The position numbers were made by a program, and so were the translations under genes. Below are positions 28,801 through 43,800 of a stretch of 64,000 nucleotides of DNA, piece after piece (the stretch's first letter is position 1; each line of letters starts with the position of its first letter). Under the pieces are notes generated by a model. The model did no database searches. It saw nothing but the letters and a program-made list of their open reading frames with translations, and had not been told where the DNA came from. The DNA is taken from contig OZ251228.1 of the NCBI GenBank assembly GCA_965240325.2, forward strand, positions 868,001 to 932,000, given 5' to 3'. This DNA comes from Rebecca billardiae RCC1528 (taxonomy: Eukaryota; Protista; Haptophyta).

Positions 28801-31800
28801 GCGAGGACGCCGGCGGAGACACAGCCACGCTCAGCGTCGAGCGCCGATGCCCCGAGCCGCTGCGCCGCCGTGCGCGCGTCTCCGCCTGCACGCCGCGCCC
28901 AACAGCTCGTCCCAGCAGCGGCAGCCATTCCGTCGCCGCGCGGCGGCCATTCCGTCACCTCGCGGCGGCCATTCCGTCACCGGCCTGCAGCCACAGCTCG
29001 GCGCGCATCTCGGAGCGCGCGGCGAGGACGCCGGCGGAGACACAGCCACGCTCGGCAGCGTCGAGCGTCGATGCCGCCAGCGGCTGCGCCGCCGTGCGCG
29101 CGTCTCCGCCCGCACGTTGCGCCCAGCAAGCTCGTCCCAGCAGCGGCAGCCATTCCGTCGCCGCGCGGCGGCCATTCCGTCACCTCGCGGCGGCCATTCC
29201 GTCACCGGCCTGCAGCCACCGCTCGGCGCGCATCTCGGAGCGCGCGGCGAGGACGCCGGCGGAGACACAGCCACGCTCGGCAGCGCCGAGCGTCGGTGCC
29301 GCGCAAACCAGCGCCGGCGTGCGCGGGTCTCCGCCTGCACGCCGCGCCCAACAGCTTGTCCCAGCAGCGGCAGCCATTCCGTCGCCGCGCGGCGGCCATT
29401 CCGTCACCTCGCGGCGGCCATTCCGTCACCGGCCTGCAGCCACCGCTCGGCGCGCATCTCGGAGCGCGCGGCGAGGACGCCGGCGGAGACACAGCCACGC
29501 TCGGCAGCGTCGAGCGCCGATGCCGCGAGCGGCTGCGCCGCCGTGCGCGCGTCTCCGCCCGCACGTTGCGCCCAGCAGCTCGTCCCAGCAGCGGCAGCCA
29601 TTCCGTCACCTCGCGGCGGCCATTCCGTCACCGGCCTGCAGCCACTGCTCGGCGCGCATCTCGGAGCGCGTGGCGAGGACGCCGGCGGAGACACAGCCAC
29701 GCTCGGCAGCGTCGAGCACCGATGCCGCGAGCCGCTGCGCCGCCGTGCGCGCGTCTCCGCCTGCACGCCGCGCCCAACAGCTCGGCCCAGCAGTGGCAGC
29801 CATTCTGTCGCCGCGCGGCGGCCATTCCGTCACCTCGCGGCGGCCATTCCGTCACCGGCCTGCAGCCACCGCTCGGCGCGCATCTCGGAGCGCGCGGCGA
29901 GGACGCCGGCGGAGATACAGCCACGCTCGGCAGCGTCGAGCGCCGCGTCGCGAGCGGCTGCGCCGCCGTGCGCGCGTCTCCGCCCACACGCCGCGCCCAA
30001 CAGCTCGTCCCAGCAGCGGCAGCCATTCCGTCGCCGCGCGGCGGCCATTCCGTCACCTCGCGGCGGCCATTCCGTCACCGGCCTGCAGGCACCGCTCGGC
30101 GCGCATCTCGAAGCGCGCGGCGAGGACGCCGGCGGAGACACAGCCACGCTTGGCAGCGTCGAGCGCCGATGCCGCGAGCGGCTGCGCCGCCGTGCGCGCG
30201 TCTCCGCCTGCACGCCGCGCCCAACAGCTCGTCCCAGCAGCGGCAGCCATTCCGTCGCCGCGCGGCGGCCATTCCGTCACCTCGCGGCGGCCATTCCGTC
30301 ACCGGCCTGCAGCCACCGCTCGGCGCGCATCTCGGAGCGCGCGGCGAGGACGCCGGCGGAGACACAGCCACGCTTGGCAAAGTCGAACACCGATGCCGCG
30401 AGCGGCTGCGCCGCCGTGCGCGCGTCTCCGCCCACACGTTGCGCCCAACAGCTCGTCCCAGCAGCGGCAGCCATTCCGTCGCCGCGCGGCGGCCATTCCG
30501 TCACCTCGCGGCGGCCATTCCGTCACCGGCCTGCAGCCACTGCTCGGCGCGCATCTCGGAGCGCGCGGCGAGGACGCCGGCGGAGACACAGCCACGCTCG
30601 GCAAAGTCGAACACCGATGCCGCGAGCGGCTGCGCCGCCGTGCGCGCGTCTCCGCCCACACGTTGCGCCCAACAGCTCGTCCCAGCAGCGGCAGCCATTC
30701 CGTCGCCGCGCGGCGGCCATTCCGTCACCTCGCGGCGGCCATTCCGTCACCGGCCTGCAGCCACTGCTCGGCGCGCATCTCGGAGCGCGCGGCGAGGACG
30801 CCGGCGGAGACACAGCCACGCTCGGCAAAATCGAGCGCCGATGTCGCGAGCGGCTGCGCCGCCGTGCGCGCGTCTCCGCCCGCACGTTGCGCCCAGCAAG
30901 CTCGTCCCAGCAGCAGCAGCCATTCCGCCGCCGCGCGGCGGCCATTCCGTCACCTCGCGGCGGCCATTCCGTCACCGGCCTGCAGCCAACGCTCGGCGCG
31001 CATCTCGGAGCGCGCGGCGAGGACGCCGGCGAAGACACAGCCACGCTTGGCAAAGTCGAGCCCCGATGCGGCCAGCGGCTGCGCCGCCGTGCGCGCAACT
31101 CCGCCCGCACGTTGCGCCCAGCAAGCTCGTCCCAGCAGCGGCAGCCATTCCGTCGCCGCGCGGCGGCCATTCCGTCACCTCGCGGCGGCCATTCCGTCAC
31201 CGGCCTGCAGCCACAGCTCGGCGCGCATCTCGGAGCGCGCGGCGAGGACGCCGGCGGAGACACAGCCACGCTCGGCAAAGTCGAACACCGATGCCGCGAG
31301 CGGCTGCGCCGCCGTGCGCGCGTCTCCGCCCACACGTTGCGCCCAACAGCTCGTCCCAGCAGCGGCAGCCATTCCGTCGCCGCGCGGCGGCCATTCCGTC
31401 ACCTCGCGGCGGCCATTCCGTCACCGGCCTGCAGCCACTGCTCGGCGCGCATCTCGGAGCGCGCGGCGAGGACGCCGGCGGAGACACAGCCACGCTCGGC
31501 AAAGTCGAGCGCCGATGCCGCGAGTGGCTGCGCCGCCGTGCGCGCAACTCCGCCCGCACGTTGCGCCCAGCAAGCTCGTCCCAGCAGCGGCAGCCATTCC
31601 GTCGCCGCGCGGCGGCCATTCCGTCACCTCGCGGCGGCCATTCCGTCACCGGCCTGCAGCCACCGCTCGGCGCGCATCTCGGAGAGCGCGGCGAGGACGC
31701 CGGCGGAGACACAGCCACGCTCGGCAAAGTCGAGCGCCGATGTCGCGAGCGGCTGCGCCGCCGTGCGCGCGTCTCCGCCCGCACGTTGCGCCCAGCAAGC

Positions 31801-34800
31801 TCGTCCCAGCAGCGGCAGCCACTCCGCCGCCGCGCGGCGGCCATTCCGTCACCTCGCGGCGGCCATTCCGTCACCGGCCTGCAGCCAACGCTCGGCGCGC
31901 ATCTCGGAGCGCGCGGCGAGGACGCCGGCGAAGACACAGCCACGCTTGGCAAAGTCGAGCCCCGATGCGGCCAGCGGCTGCGCCGCCGTGCGCGCAACTC
32001 CGCCCGCACGTTGCGCCCAGCAAGCTCGTCCCAGCAGCGGCAGCCATTCCGTCGCCGCGCGGCGGCCATTCCGTCACCTCGCGGCGGCCATTCCGTCACC
32101 GGCCTGCAGCCACTGCTCGGCGCGCATCTCGGAGCGCGCGGCGAGGACGCCGGCGGAGACACAGCCACGCTCGGCAGCGTCGAGCACCGATGTCGCGAGC
32201 GGCTGCGCCGCCGTGCGCGCGTCTCCGCCCGCACGTTGCGCCCAGCAAGCTCGTCCCAGCAGCGGCAGCCATTCCGTCGCCGCGCGGCGGCCATTCCGTC
32301 ACCTCGCGGCGGCCATTCCGTCACCGGCCTGCAGCCACCGCTCGGCGCGCATCTCGGAGCGCGCGGCGAGGACGCCGGCGGAGACACAGCCACGCTTGGC
32401 AGCGTCGAGCGCCGATGCCGCCAGCGGCTGCGCCGCCGTGCGCGCGTCTCCGCCCGCACGTTGCGCCCAGCAAGCTCGTCCCAGCAGCGGCAGCCATTCC
32501 GTCGCCGCGCGGCGGCCATTCCGTCACCTCGCGGCGGCCATTCCGTCACCGGCCTGCAGCCACCGCTCGGCGCGCATCTCGGAGCGCGCGGCGAGGACGC
32601 CGGCGGAGACACAACCACGCTTGGCAGCGTCGAGCGCCGATGCCGCGAGCGGCTGCGCCGCCGTGCGCGCGTCTCCGCCTGCACGCTGCGCCCAACAGCT
32701 CGTCCCAGCAGCGGCAGCCATTCCGTCACCTCGCGGCGGCCATTCCGTCACCTCGCGGCGGCCATTCCGTCACCGGCCTGCAGCCACCGCTCGGCGCGCA
32801 TCTCGGAGCGCGCGGCGAGGACGCCGGCGGAGACACAGCCACGCTTGGCAAAGTCGAGCGCCGATGCCGCGAGCGGCTGCGCCGCCGTGCGCGCGTCTCC
32901 GCCTGCACGCCGCGCCCAACAGCTCGTCCCAGCAGCGGCAGCCATTCCGTCGCCGCGCGGCGGCCATTCCGTCACCTCGCGGCGGCCATTCCGTCACCGG
33001 CCTGCAGCCACCGCTCGGCGCGCATCTCGGAGCGCGCGGCGAGGACGCCGGCGGAGACACAGCCACGCTCGGCAAAGTCGAACACCGATGCCGCGAGCGG
33101 CTGCGCCGCCGTGCGCGCGTCTCCGCCCACACGTTGCGCCCAACAGCTCGTCCCAGCAGCGGCAGCCATTCCGTCGCCGCGCGGCGGCCATTCCGTCACC
33201 TCGCGGCGGCCATTCCGTCACCGGCCTGCAGCCACTGCTCGGCGCGCATCTCGGAGCGCGCGGCGAGGACGCCGGCGGAGACACAGCCACGCTCGGCAAA
33301 GTCGAACACCGATGCCGCGAGCGGCTGCGCCGCCGTGCGCGCGTCTCCGCCCACACGTTGCGCCCAACAGCTCGTCCCAGCAGCGGCAGCCATTCCGTCG
33401 CCGCGCGGCGGCCATTCCGTCACCTCGCGGCGGCCATTCCGTCACCGGCCTGCAGCCACTGCTCGGCGCGCATCTCGGAGCGCGCGGCGAGGACGCCGGC
33501 GGAGACACAGCCACGCTCGGCAAAATCGAGCGCCGATGTCGCGAGCGGCTGCGCCGCCGTGCGCGCGTCTCCGCCCGCACGTTGCGCCCAGCAAGCTCGT
33601 CCCAGCAGCAGCAGCCATTCCGCCGCCGCGCGGCGGCCATTCCGTCACCTCGCGGCGGCCATTCCGTCACCGGCCTGCAGCCAACGCTCGGCGCGCATCT
33701 CGGAGCGCGCGGCGAGGACGCCGGCGAAGACACAGCCACGCTTGGCAAAGTCGAGCCCCGATGCGGCCAGCGGCTGCGCCGCCGTGCGCGCAACTCCGCC
33801 CGCACGTTGCGCCCAGCAAGCTCGTCCCAGCAGCGGCAGCCATTCCGTCGCCGCGCGGCGGCCATTCCGTCACCTCGCGGCGGCCATTCCGTCACCGGCC
33901 TGCAGCCACCGCTCGGCGCGCATCTCGGAGCGCGCGGCGAGGACGCCGGCGGAGACACAGCCACGCTCGGCAAAGTCGAACACCGATGCCGCGAGCGGCT
34001 GCGCCGCCGTGCGCGCGTCTCCGCCCACACGTTGCGCCCAACAGCTCGTCCCAGCAGCGGCAGCCATTCCGTCGCCGCGCGGCGGCCATTCCGTCACCTC
34101 GCGGCGGCCATTCCGTCACCGGCCTGCAGCCACTGCTCGGCGCGCATCTCGGAGCGCGCGGCGAGGACGCCGGCGGAGACACAGCCACGCTCGGCAAAGT
34201 CGAGCGCCGATGCCGCGAGTGGCTGCGCCGCCGTGCGCGCAACTCCGCCCGCACGTTGCGCCCAGCAAGCTCGTCCCAGCAGCGGCAGCCATTCCGTCGC
34301 CGCGCGGCGGCCATTCCGTCACCTCGCGGCGGCCATTCCGTCACCGGCCTGCAGCCACCGCTCGGCGCGCATCTCGGAGCGCGCGGCGAGGACGCCGGCG
34401 GAGACACAGCCACGCTCGGCAAAGTCGAGCGCCGATGTCGCGAGCGGCTGCGCCGCCGTGCGCGCGTCTCCGCCCGCACGTTGCGCCCAGCAAGCTCGTC
34501 CCAGCAGCGGCAGCCACTCCGCCGCCGCGCGGCGGCCATTCCGTCACCTCGCGGCGGCCATTCCGTCACCGGCCTGCAGCCAACGCTCGGCGCGCATCTC
34601 GGAGCGCGCGGCGAGGACGCCGGCGAAGACACAGCCACGCTTGGCAAAGTCGAGCCCCGATGCGGCCAGCGGCTGCGCCGCCGTGCGCGCAACTCCGCCC
34701 GCACGTTGCGCCCAGCAAGCTCGTCCCAGCAGCGGCAGCCATTCCGTCGCCGCGCGGCGGCCATTCCGTCACCTCGCGGCGGCCATTCCGTCACCGGCCT

Positions 34801-37800
34801 GCAGCCACCGCTCGGCGCGCATCTCGGAGCGCGCGGCGAGGACGCCGGCGGAGACACAGCCACGCTCGGCAGCGTCGAGCACCGATGTCGCGAGCGGCTG
34901 CGCCGCCGTGCGCGCGTCTCCGCCCGCACGTTGCGCCCAGCAAGCTCGTCCCAGCAGCGGCAGCCATTCCGTCGCCGCGCGGCGGCCATTCCGTCACCTC
35001 GCGGCGGCCATTCCGTCACCGGCCTGCAGCCACCGCTCGGCGCGCATCTCGGAGCGCGCGGCGAGGACGCCGGCGGAGACACAGCCACGCTTGGCAGCGT
35101 CGAGCGCCGATGCCGCCAGCGGCTGCGCCGCCGTGCGCGCGTCTCCGCCCGCACGTTGCGCCCAGCAAGCTCGTCCCAGCAGCGGCAGCCATTCCGTCGC
35201 CGCGCGGCGGCCATTCCGTCACCTCGCGGCGGCCATTCCGTCACCGGCCTGCAGCCACCGCTCGGCGCGCATCTCGGAGCGCGCGGCGAGGACGCCGGCG
35301 GAGACACAACCACGCTTGGCAGCGTCGAGCGCCGATGCCGCGAGCGGCTGCGCCGCCGTGCGCGCGTCTCCGCCTGCACGCTGCGCCCAACAGCTCGTCC
35401 CAGCAGCGGCAGCCATTCCGTCACCTCGCGGCGGCCATTCCGTCACCTCGCGGCGGCCATTCCGTCACCGGCCTGCAGCCACCGCTCGGCGCGCATCTCG
35501 GAGCGCGCGGCGAGGACGCCGGCGGAGACACAGCCACGCTTGGCAGCGTCGAGCGCCGATGTCGCGAGCGGCTGCGCCGCCGTGCGCGCGTCTCCGCCCG
35601 CACGTTGCGCCCAGCAAGCTCGTCCCAGCAGCGGCAGCCATTCCGCCGCCGCGCGGCGGCCATTCCGTCACCTCGCGGCGGCCATTCCGTCACCGGCCTG
35701 CAGCCACCGCTCGGCGCGCATCTCGGAGCGCGCGGCGAGGACGCCGGCGAAGACACAGCCACGCTTGGCAAAGTCCAGCCCCGATGCGGCCAGCGGCTGC
35801 GCCGCCGTGCGCGCAACTCCGCCCGCACGTTGCGCCCAGCAAGCTCGTCCCAGCAGCGGCAGCCATTCCGTCGCCGCGCGGCGGCCATTCCGTCACCTCG
35901 CGGCGGCCATTCCGTCACCGGCCTGCAGCCACCGCTCGGCGCGCATCTCGGAGCGCGCGGCGAGGACGCCGGCGGAGACACAGCCACGCTCGGCAAAGTC
36001 GAGCACCAATGCCGCGAGCGGCTGCGCCGCCGTGCGCGCGTCTCCGCCCACACGTTGCGCCCAACAGCTCGTCCCAGCAGCGGCAGCCATTCCGTCGCCG
36101 CGCGGCGGCCATTCCGTCACCTCGCGGCGGCCATTCCGTCACCGGCCTGCAGCCACTGCTCGGCGCGCATCTCGGAGCGCGCGGCGAGGACGCCGGCGGA
36201 GACACAGCCACGCTCGGCAAAGTCGAGCGCCGATGCCGCGAGTGGCTGCGCCGCCGTGCGCGCAACTCCGCCCGCACGTTGCGCCCAGCAAGCTCGTCCC
36301 AGCAGCGGCAGCCATTCCGTCGCCGCGCGGCGGCCATTCCGTCACCTCGCGGCGGCCATTCCGTCACCGGCCTGCAGCCACCGCTCGGCGCGCATCTCGG
36401 AGCGCGCGGCGAGGACGCCGGCGGAGACACAGCCACGCTCAGCGTCGAGCGCCGATGCTCCGAGCCGCTGCGCCGCCGTGCGCGCGTCTCCGCCTGCACG
36501 CCGCGCCCAACAGCTCGTCCCAGCAGCGGCAGCCATTCCGTCGCCGCGCGGCGGCCATTCCGTCACCTCGCGGCGGCCATTCCGTCACCGGCCTGCAGCC
36601 ACCGCTCGGCGCGCATCTCGGAGCGCGCGGCGAGGACGCCGGCGGAGACACAGCCACGCTCAGCGTCGAGCGCCGATGCCCCGAGCCGCTGCGCCGCCGT
36701 GCGCGCGTCCCCGCCCGCACGCCGCGCCCAACAGCTCGTCCCAGCAGCGGCAGCCATTCCGTCGCCGCGCGGCGGCCATTCCGTCACCTCGCGGCGGCCA
36801 TTCCGTCACCGGCCTGCAGCCACCGCTCGGCGCGCATCTCGGAGCGCGCGGCGAGGACGCCGGCGGAGACACAGCCACGCTCAGCGTCGAGCGCCGATGC
36901 CCCGAGCCGCTGCGCCGCCGTGCGCGCGTCTCCGCCCGCACGTTGCGCCCAACAGCTCGTCCCAGCAGCGGCAGCCATTCCGTCGCCGCGCGGCGGCCAT
37001 TCCGTCACCTCGCGGCGGCCATTCCGTCACCGGCCTGCAGCCACAGCTCGGCGCGCATCTCGGAGCGCGCGGCGAGGACGCCGGCGGAGACACAGCCACG
37101 CAAGGCAGCGTCGAGCGCCCATGCCGCCAGCGGCTGCGCCGCCGTGCGCGCGTCTCCGCCCGCACGTTGCGCCCAGCAAGCTCGTCCCAGCAGCGGCAGC
37201 CATTCCGTCGCCGCGCGGCGGCCATTCCGTCACCTCGCGGCGGCCATTCCGTCACCGGCCTGCAGCCACCGCTCGGCGCGCATCTCGAAGCGCGCGGCGA
37301 GGACGCCGGCGGAGACACAGCCACGCTCGGCAGCGCCGAGCGTCGGTGCCGCGCAAACCAGCGCCGGCGTGCGCGGGTCTCCGCCTGCACGCCGCGCCCA
37401 ACAGCTTGTCCCAGCAGCGGCAGCCATTCCGTCGCCGCGCGGCGGCCATTCCGTCACCTCGCGGCGGCCATTCCGTCACCGGCCTGCAGCCACCGCTCGG
37501 CGCGCATCTCGGAGCGCGCGGCGAGGACGCCGGCGGAGACACAGCCACGCTCGGCAGCGTCGAGCGCCGATGCCGCGAGCGGCTGCGCCGCCGTGCGCGC
37601 GTCTCCGCCCGCACGTTGCGCCCAGCAGCTCGTCCCAGCAGCGGCAGCCATTCCGTCACCTCGCGGCGGCCATTCCGTCACCGGCCTGCAGCCACCGCTC
37701 GGCGCGCATCTCGAAGCGCGCGGCGAGGACGCCGGCGGAGACACAGCCACGCTCGGCAGCGCCGAGCGTCGGTGCCGCGCAAACCAGCGCCGGCGTGCGC

Positions 37801-40800
37801 GGGTCTCCGCCTGCACGCCGCGCCCAACAGCTTGTCCCAGCAGCGGCAGCCATTCCGTCGCCGCGCGGCGGCCATTCCGTCACCTCGCGGCGGCCATTCC
37901 GTCACCGGCCTGCAGCCACCGCTCGGCGCGCATCTCGGAGCGCGCGGCGAGGACGCCGGCGGAGACACAGCCACGCTCGGCAGCGTCGAGCGCCGATGCC
38001 GCGAGCGGCTGCGCCGCCGTGCGCGCGTCTCCGCCCGCACGTTGCGCCCAGCAGCTCGTCCCAGCAGCGGCAGCCATTCCGTCACCTCGCGGCGGCCATT
38101 CCGTCACCGGCCTGCAGCCACTGCTCGGCGCGCATCTCGGAGCGCGCGGCGAGGACGCCGGCGGAGACACAGCCACGCTCGGCAGCGTCGAGCACCGATG
38201 CCGCGAGCCGCTGCGCCACCGTGCGCGCGTCTCCGCCTGCACGCCGCGCCCAACAGCTCGGCCCAGCAGTGGCAGCCATTCTGTCGCCGCGCGGCGGCCA
38301 TTCCGTCACCTCGCGGCGGCCATTCCGTCACCGGCCTGCAGCCACCGCTCGGCGCGCATCTCGGAGCGCGCGGCGAGGACGCCGGCGGAGATACAGCCAC
38401 GCTTGGCAGCGTCGAGCGCCGCGTCGCGAGCGGCTGCGCCGCCGTGCGCGCGTCTCCGCCCACACGCCGCGCCCAACAGCTCGTCCCAGCAGCGGCAGCC
38501 ATTCCGTCGCCGCGCGGCGGCCATTCCGTCACCTCGCGGCGGCCATTCCGTCACCGGCCTGCAGGCACCGCTCGGCGCGCATCTCGAAGCGCGCGGCGAG
38601 GACGCCGGCGGAGACACAGCCACGCTTGGCAGCGTCGAGCGCCGATGCCGCGAGCGGCTGCGCCGCCGTGCGCGCGTCTCCGCCTGCACGCCGCGCCCAA
38701 CAGCTCGTCCCAGCAGCGGCAGCCATTCTGTCGCCGCGCGGCGGCCATTCCGTCACCTCGCGGCGGCCATTCCGTCACCGGCCTGCAGCCACCGCTCGGC
38801 GCGCATCTCGGAGCGCGCGGCGAGGACGCCGGCGGAGACACAGCCACGCTCGGCAAAGTCGAACACCGATGCCGCGAGCGGCTGCGCCGCCGTGCGCGCG
38901 TCTCCGCCCACACGTTGCGCCCAACAGCTCGTCCCAGCAGCGGCAGCCATTCCGTCGCCGCGCGGCGGCCATTCCGTCACCTCGCGGCGGCCATTCCGTC
39001 ACCGGCCTGCAGCCACTGCTCGGCGCGCATCTCGGAGCGCGCGGCGAGGACGCCGGCGGAGACACAGCCACGCTCGGCAAAGTCGAGCGCTGATGCCGCG
39101 AGTGGCTGCGCCGCCGTGCGCGCAACTCCGCCTGCACGTTGCGCCCAGCAAGCTCGTCCCAGCAGCGGCAGCCATTCCGTCGCCGCGCGGCGGCCATTCC
39201 GTCACCTCGCGGCGGCCATTCCGTCACCGGCCTGCAGCCACCGCTCGGCGCGCATCTCGGAGCGCGCGGCGAGGACGCCGGCGGAGACACAGCCACGCTC
39301 GGCAAAGTCGAGCGCCGATGTCGCGAGCGGCTGCGCCGCCGTGCGCGCGTCTCCGCCCGCACGTTGCGCCCAGCAAGCTCGTCCCAGCAGCGGCAGCCAT
39401 TCCGCCGCCGCGCGGCGGCCATTCCGTCACCTCGCGGCGGCCATTCCGTCACCGGCCTGCAGCCAACGCTCGGCGCGCATCTCGGAGCGCGCGGCGAGGA
39501 CGCCGGCGAAGACACAGCCACGCTTGGCAAAGTCGAGCCCCGATGCGGCCAGCGGCTGCGCCGCCGTGCGCGCAACTCCGCCCGCACGTTGCGCCCAGCA
39601 AGCTCGTCCCAGCAGCGGCAGCCATTCCGTCGCCGCGCGGCGGCCATTCCGTCACCTCGCGGCGGCCATTCCGTCACCGGCCTGCAGCCACCGCTCGGCG
39701 CGCATCTCGGAGCGCGCGGCGAGGACGCCGGCGGAGACACAGCCACGCTCGGCAAAGTCGAGCACCGATGCCGCGAGCGGCTGCGCCGCCGTGCGCGCGT
39801 CTCCGCCCACACGTTGCGCCCAACAGCTCGTCCCAGCAGCGGCAGCCATTCCGTCGCCGCGCGGCGGCCATTCCGTCACCTCGCGGCGGCCATTCCGTCA
39901 CCGGCCTGCAGCCACTGCTCGGCGCGCATCTCGGAGCGCGCGGCGAGGACGCCGGCGGAGACACAGCCACGCTCGGCAAAGTCGAGCGCCGATGCCGCGA
40001 GTGGCTGCGCCGCCGTGCGCGCAACTCCGCCCGCACGTTGCGCCCAGCAAGCTCGTCCCAGCAGCGGCAGCCATTCCGTCGCCGCGCGGCGGCCATTCCG
40101 TCACCTCGCGGCGGCCATTCCGTCACCGGCCTGCAGCCACCGCTCGGCGCGCATCTCGGAGCGCGCGGCGAGGACGCCGGCGAAGACACAGCCACGCTTG
40201 GCAAAGTCGAGCCCCGATGCGGCCAGCGGCTGCGCCGCCGTGCGCGCAACTCCGCCCGCACGTTGCGCCCAGCAAGCTCGTCCCAGCAGCGGCAGCCATT
40301 CCGTCGCCGCGCGGCGGCCATTCCGTCACCTCGCGGCGGCCATTCCGTCACCGGCCTGCAGCCACCGCTCGGCGCGCATCTCGGAGCGCGCGGCGAGGAC
40401 GCCGGCGGAGACACAGCCACGCTTGGCAGCGTCGAGCGCCGATGCCGCGAGCGGCTGCGCCGCCGTGCGCGCGTCTCCGCCTGCACGCTGCGCCCAACAG
40501 CTCGTCCCAGCAGCGGCAGCCATTCCGTCACCTCGCGGCGGCCATTCCGTCACCGGCCTGCAGCCACAGCTCGGCGCGCATCTCGGAGCGCGTGGCGAGG
40601 ACGCCGGCGGAGACACAGCCACGCTTGGCAGCGTCGAGCTCCGATGCCGCGAGCGGCTGCGCCAACGTGCGCGCGTCTCCGCCTGCACGCCGCGCCCAAC
40701 AGCTCGTCCCAGCAGCGGCAGCCATTCCGTCGCCTCGCGGCGGCCATTCCGTCACCTCGCGGCGGCCATTCCGTCACCGGCCTGCAGCCACCGCTCGGCG

Positions 40801-43800
40801 CGCATCTCGGAGCGCGTGGCGAGGACGCCGGCGGAGACACAGCCACGCTTGGCAGCGTCGAGCGCCGATGCCGCGAGCGGCTGCGCCGCCGTGCGCGCGT
40901 CTCCGCCTGCACGCCGCGCCCAACAGCTCGTCCCAGCAGCGGCAGCCATTCCGTCGCCGCGCGGCGGCCATTCCGTCACCTCGCGGCGGCCATTCCGTAA
41001 ACAGCCTGCAGCCACCGCTCGGCGCGCTCGTCGGAGCGCGCGGCGAGGACGCGCGCGGAGACACAGCCACGCTCGGCAGCGTCGAGCGCCGATGCCGCGA
41101 GCGGCTGCGTCGCCGTGCGCGCGTCTCCGCCTGCACGCTGCGCCCAACAGCTCGTCCCAGCAGCGGCAGCCATTCCGTCGCCTCGCGGCGGCCATTCCGT
41201 CACCTCGCGGCGGCCATTCCGTCACCGGCCTGCAGCCACCGCTCGGCGCGCATCTCGGAGCGCGTGGCGAGGACGCCGGCGGAGACACAGCCACGCTTGG
41301 CAGCGTCGAGCGCCGATGCCGCGAGCGGCTGCGCCGCCGTGCGCGCGTCTCCGCCTGCACGCCGCGCCCAACAGCTCGTCCCAGCAGCGGCAGCCATTCC
41401 GTCACCTCGCGGCGGCCATTCCGTCACCTCGCGGCGGCCATTCCGTCACCGGCCTGCAGCCACCGCTCGGCGCGCATCTCGGAGCGCGCGGCGAGGACGC
41501 CGGCGGAGACACAGCCACGCTTGGCAGCGTCGAGCGCCGATGCCGCGAGCGGCTGCGCCGCCGTGCGCGCGTCTCCGCCTGCACGCTGCGCCCAACAGCT
41601 CGTCCCAGCAGCGGCAGCCATTCCGTCACCTCGCGGCGGCCATTCCGTCACCGGCCTGCAGCCACAGCTCGGCGCGCATCTCGGAGCGCGTGGCGAGGAC
41701 GCCGGCGGAGACACAGCCACGCTTGGCAGCGTCGAGCTCCGATGCCGCGAGCGGCTGCGCCGCCGTGCGCGCGTCTCCGCCTGCACGCCGCGCCCAACAG
41801 CTCGTCCCAGCAGCGGCAGCCATTCCGTCGCCGCGCGGCGGCCATTCCGTCACCTCGCGGCGGCCATTCCGTCACCGGCCTGCAGCCACCGCTCGGCGCG
41901 CATCTCGGAGCGCGCGGCGAGGACGCCGGCGGAGACACAGCCACGCTCAGCGTCGAGCGCCGATGCCCCGAGCCGCTGCGCCGCCGTGCGCGCGTCTCCG
42001 CCTGCACGCCGCGCCCAACAGCTCGTCCCAGCAGCGGCAGCCATTCCGTCGCCGCGCGGCGGCCATTCCGTCACCTCGCGGCGGCCATTCCGTCACCGGC
42101 CTGCAGCCACAGCTCGGCGCGCATCTCGGAGCGCGCGGCGAGGACGCCGGCGGAGACACAGCCACGCTCAGCGTCGAGCGCCGATGCCCCGAGCCGCTGC
42201 GCCGCCGTGCGCGCGTCTCCGCCTGCACGCCGCGCCCAACAGCTCGTCCCAGCAGCGGCAGCCATTCCGTCGCCGCGCGGCGGCCATTCCGTCACCTCGC
42301 GGCGGCCATTCCGTCACCGGCCTGCAGCCACAGCTCGGCGCGCATCTCGGAGCGCGCGGCGAGGACGCCGGCGGAGACACAGCCACGCTCGGCAGCGTCG
42401 AGCGTCGATGCCGCCAGCGGCTGCGCCGCCGTGCGCGCGTCTCCGCCCGCACGTTGCGCCCAGCAAGCTCGTCCCAGCAGCGGCAGCCATTCCGTCGCCG
42501 CGCGGCGGCCATTCCGTCACCTCGCGGCGGCCATTCCGTCACCGGCCTGCAGCCACCGCTCGGCGCGCATCTCGGAGCGCGCGGCGAGGACGCCGGCGGA
42601 GACACAGCCACGCTCGGCAGCGCCGAGCGTCGGTGCCGCGCAAACCAGCGCCGGCGTGCGCGGGTCTCCGCCTGCACGCCGCGCCCAACAGCTTGTCCCA
42701 GCAGCGGCAGCCATTCCGTCGCCGCGCGGCGGCCATTCCGTCACCTCGCGGCGGCCATTCCGTCACCGGCCTGCAGCCACCGCTCGGCGCGCATCTCGGA
42801 GCGCGCGGCGAGGACGCCGGCGGAGACACAGCCACGCTCGGCAGCGTCGAGCGCCGACGCCGCGAGCGGCTGCGCCGCCGTGCGCGCGTCTCCGCCCGCA
42901 CGTTGCGCCCAGCAGCTCGTCCCAGCAGCGGCAGCCATTCCGTCACCTCGCGGCGGCCATTCCGTCACCGGCCTGCAGCCACTGCTCGGCGCGCATCTCG
43001 GAGCGCGTGGCGAGGACGCCGGCGGAGACACAGCCACGCTCGGCAGCGTCGAGCACCGATGCCGCGAGCCGCTGCGCCGCCGTGCGCGCGTCTCCGCCTG
43101 CACGCCGCGCCCAACAGCTCGGCCCAGCAGTGGCAGCCATTCTGTCGCCGCGCGGCGGCCATTCCGTCACCTCGCGGCGGCCATTCCGTCACCGGCCTGC
43201 AGCCACCGCTCGGCGCGCATCTCGGAGCGCGCGGCGAGGACGCCGGCGGAGATACAGCCACGCTCGGCAGCGTCGAGCGCCGCGTCGCGAGCGGCTGCGC
43301 CGCCGTGCGCGCGTCTCCGCCCACACGCCGCGCCCAACAGCTCGTCCCAGCAGCGGCAGCCATTCCGTCGCCGCGCGGCGGCCATTCCGTCACCTCGCGG
43401 CGGCCATTCCGTCACCGGCCTGCAGGCACCGCTCGGCGCGCATCTCGAAGCGCGCGGCGAGGACGCCGGCGGAGACACAGCCACGCTTGGCAGCGTCGAG
43501 CGCCGATGCCGCGAGCGGCTGCGCCGCCGTGCGCGCGTCTCCGCCTGCACGCCGCGCCCAACAGCTCGTCCCAGCAGCGGCAGCCATTCCGTCGCCGCGC
43601 GGCGGCCATTCCGTCACCTCGCGGCGGCCATTCCGTCACCGGCCTGCAGCCACCGCTCGGCGCGCATCTCGGAGCGCGCGGCGAGGACGCCGGCGGAGAC
43701 ACAGCCACGCTCGGCAAAGTCGAACACCGATGCCGCGAGCGGCTGCGCCGCCGTGCGCGCGTCTCCGCCCACACGTTGCGCCCAACAGCTCGTCCCAGCA

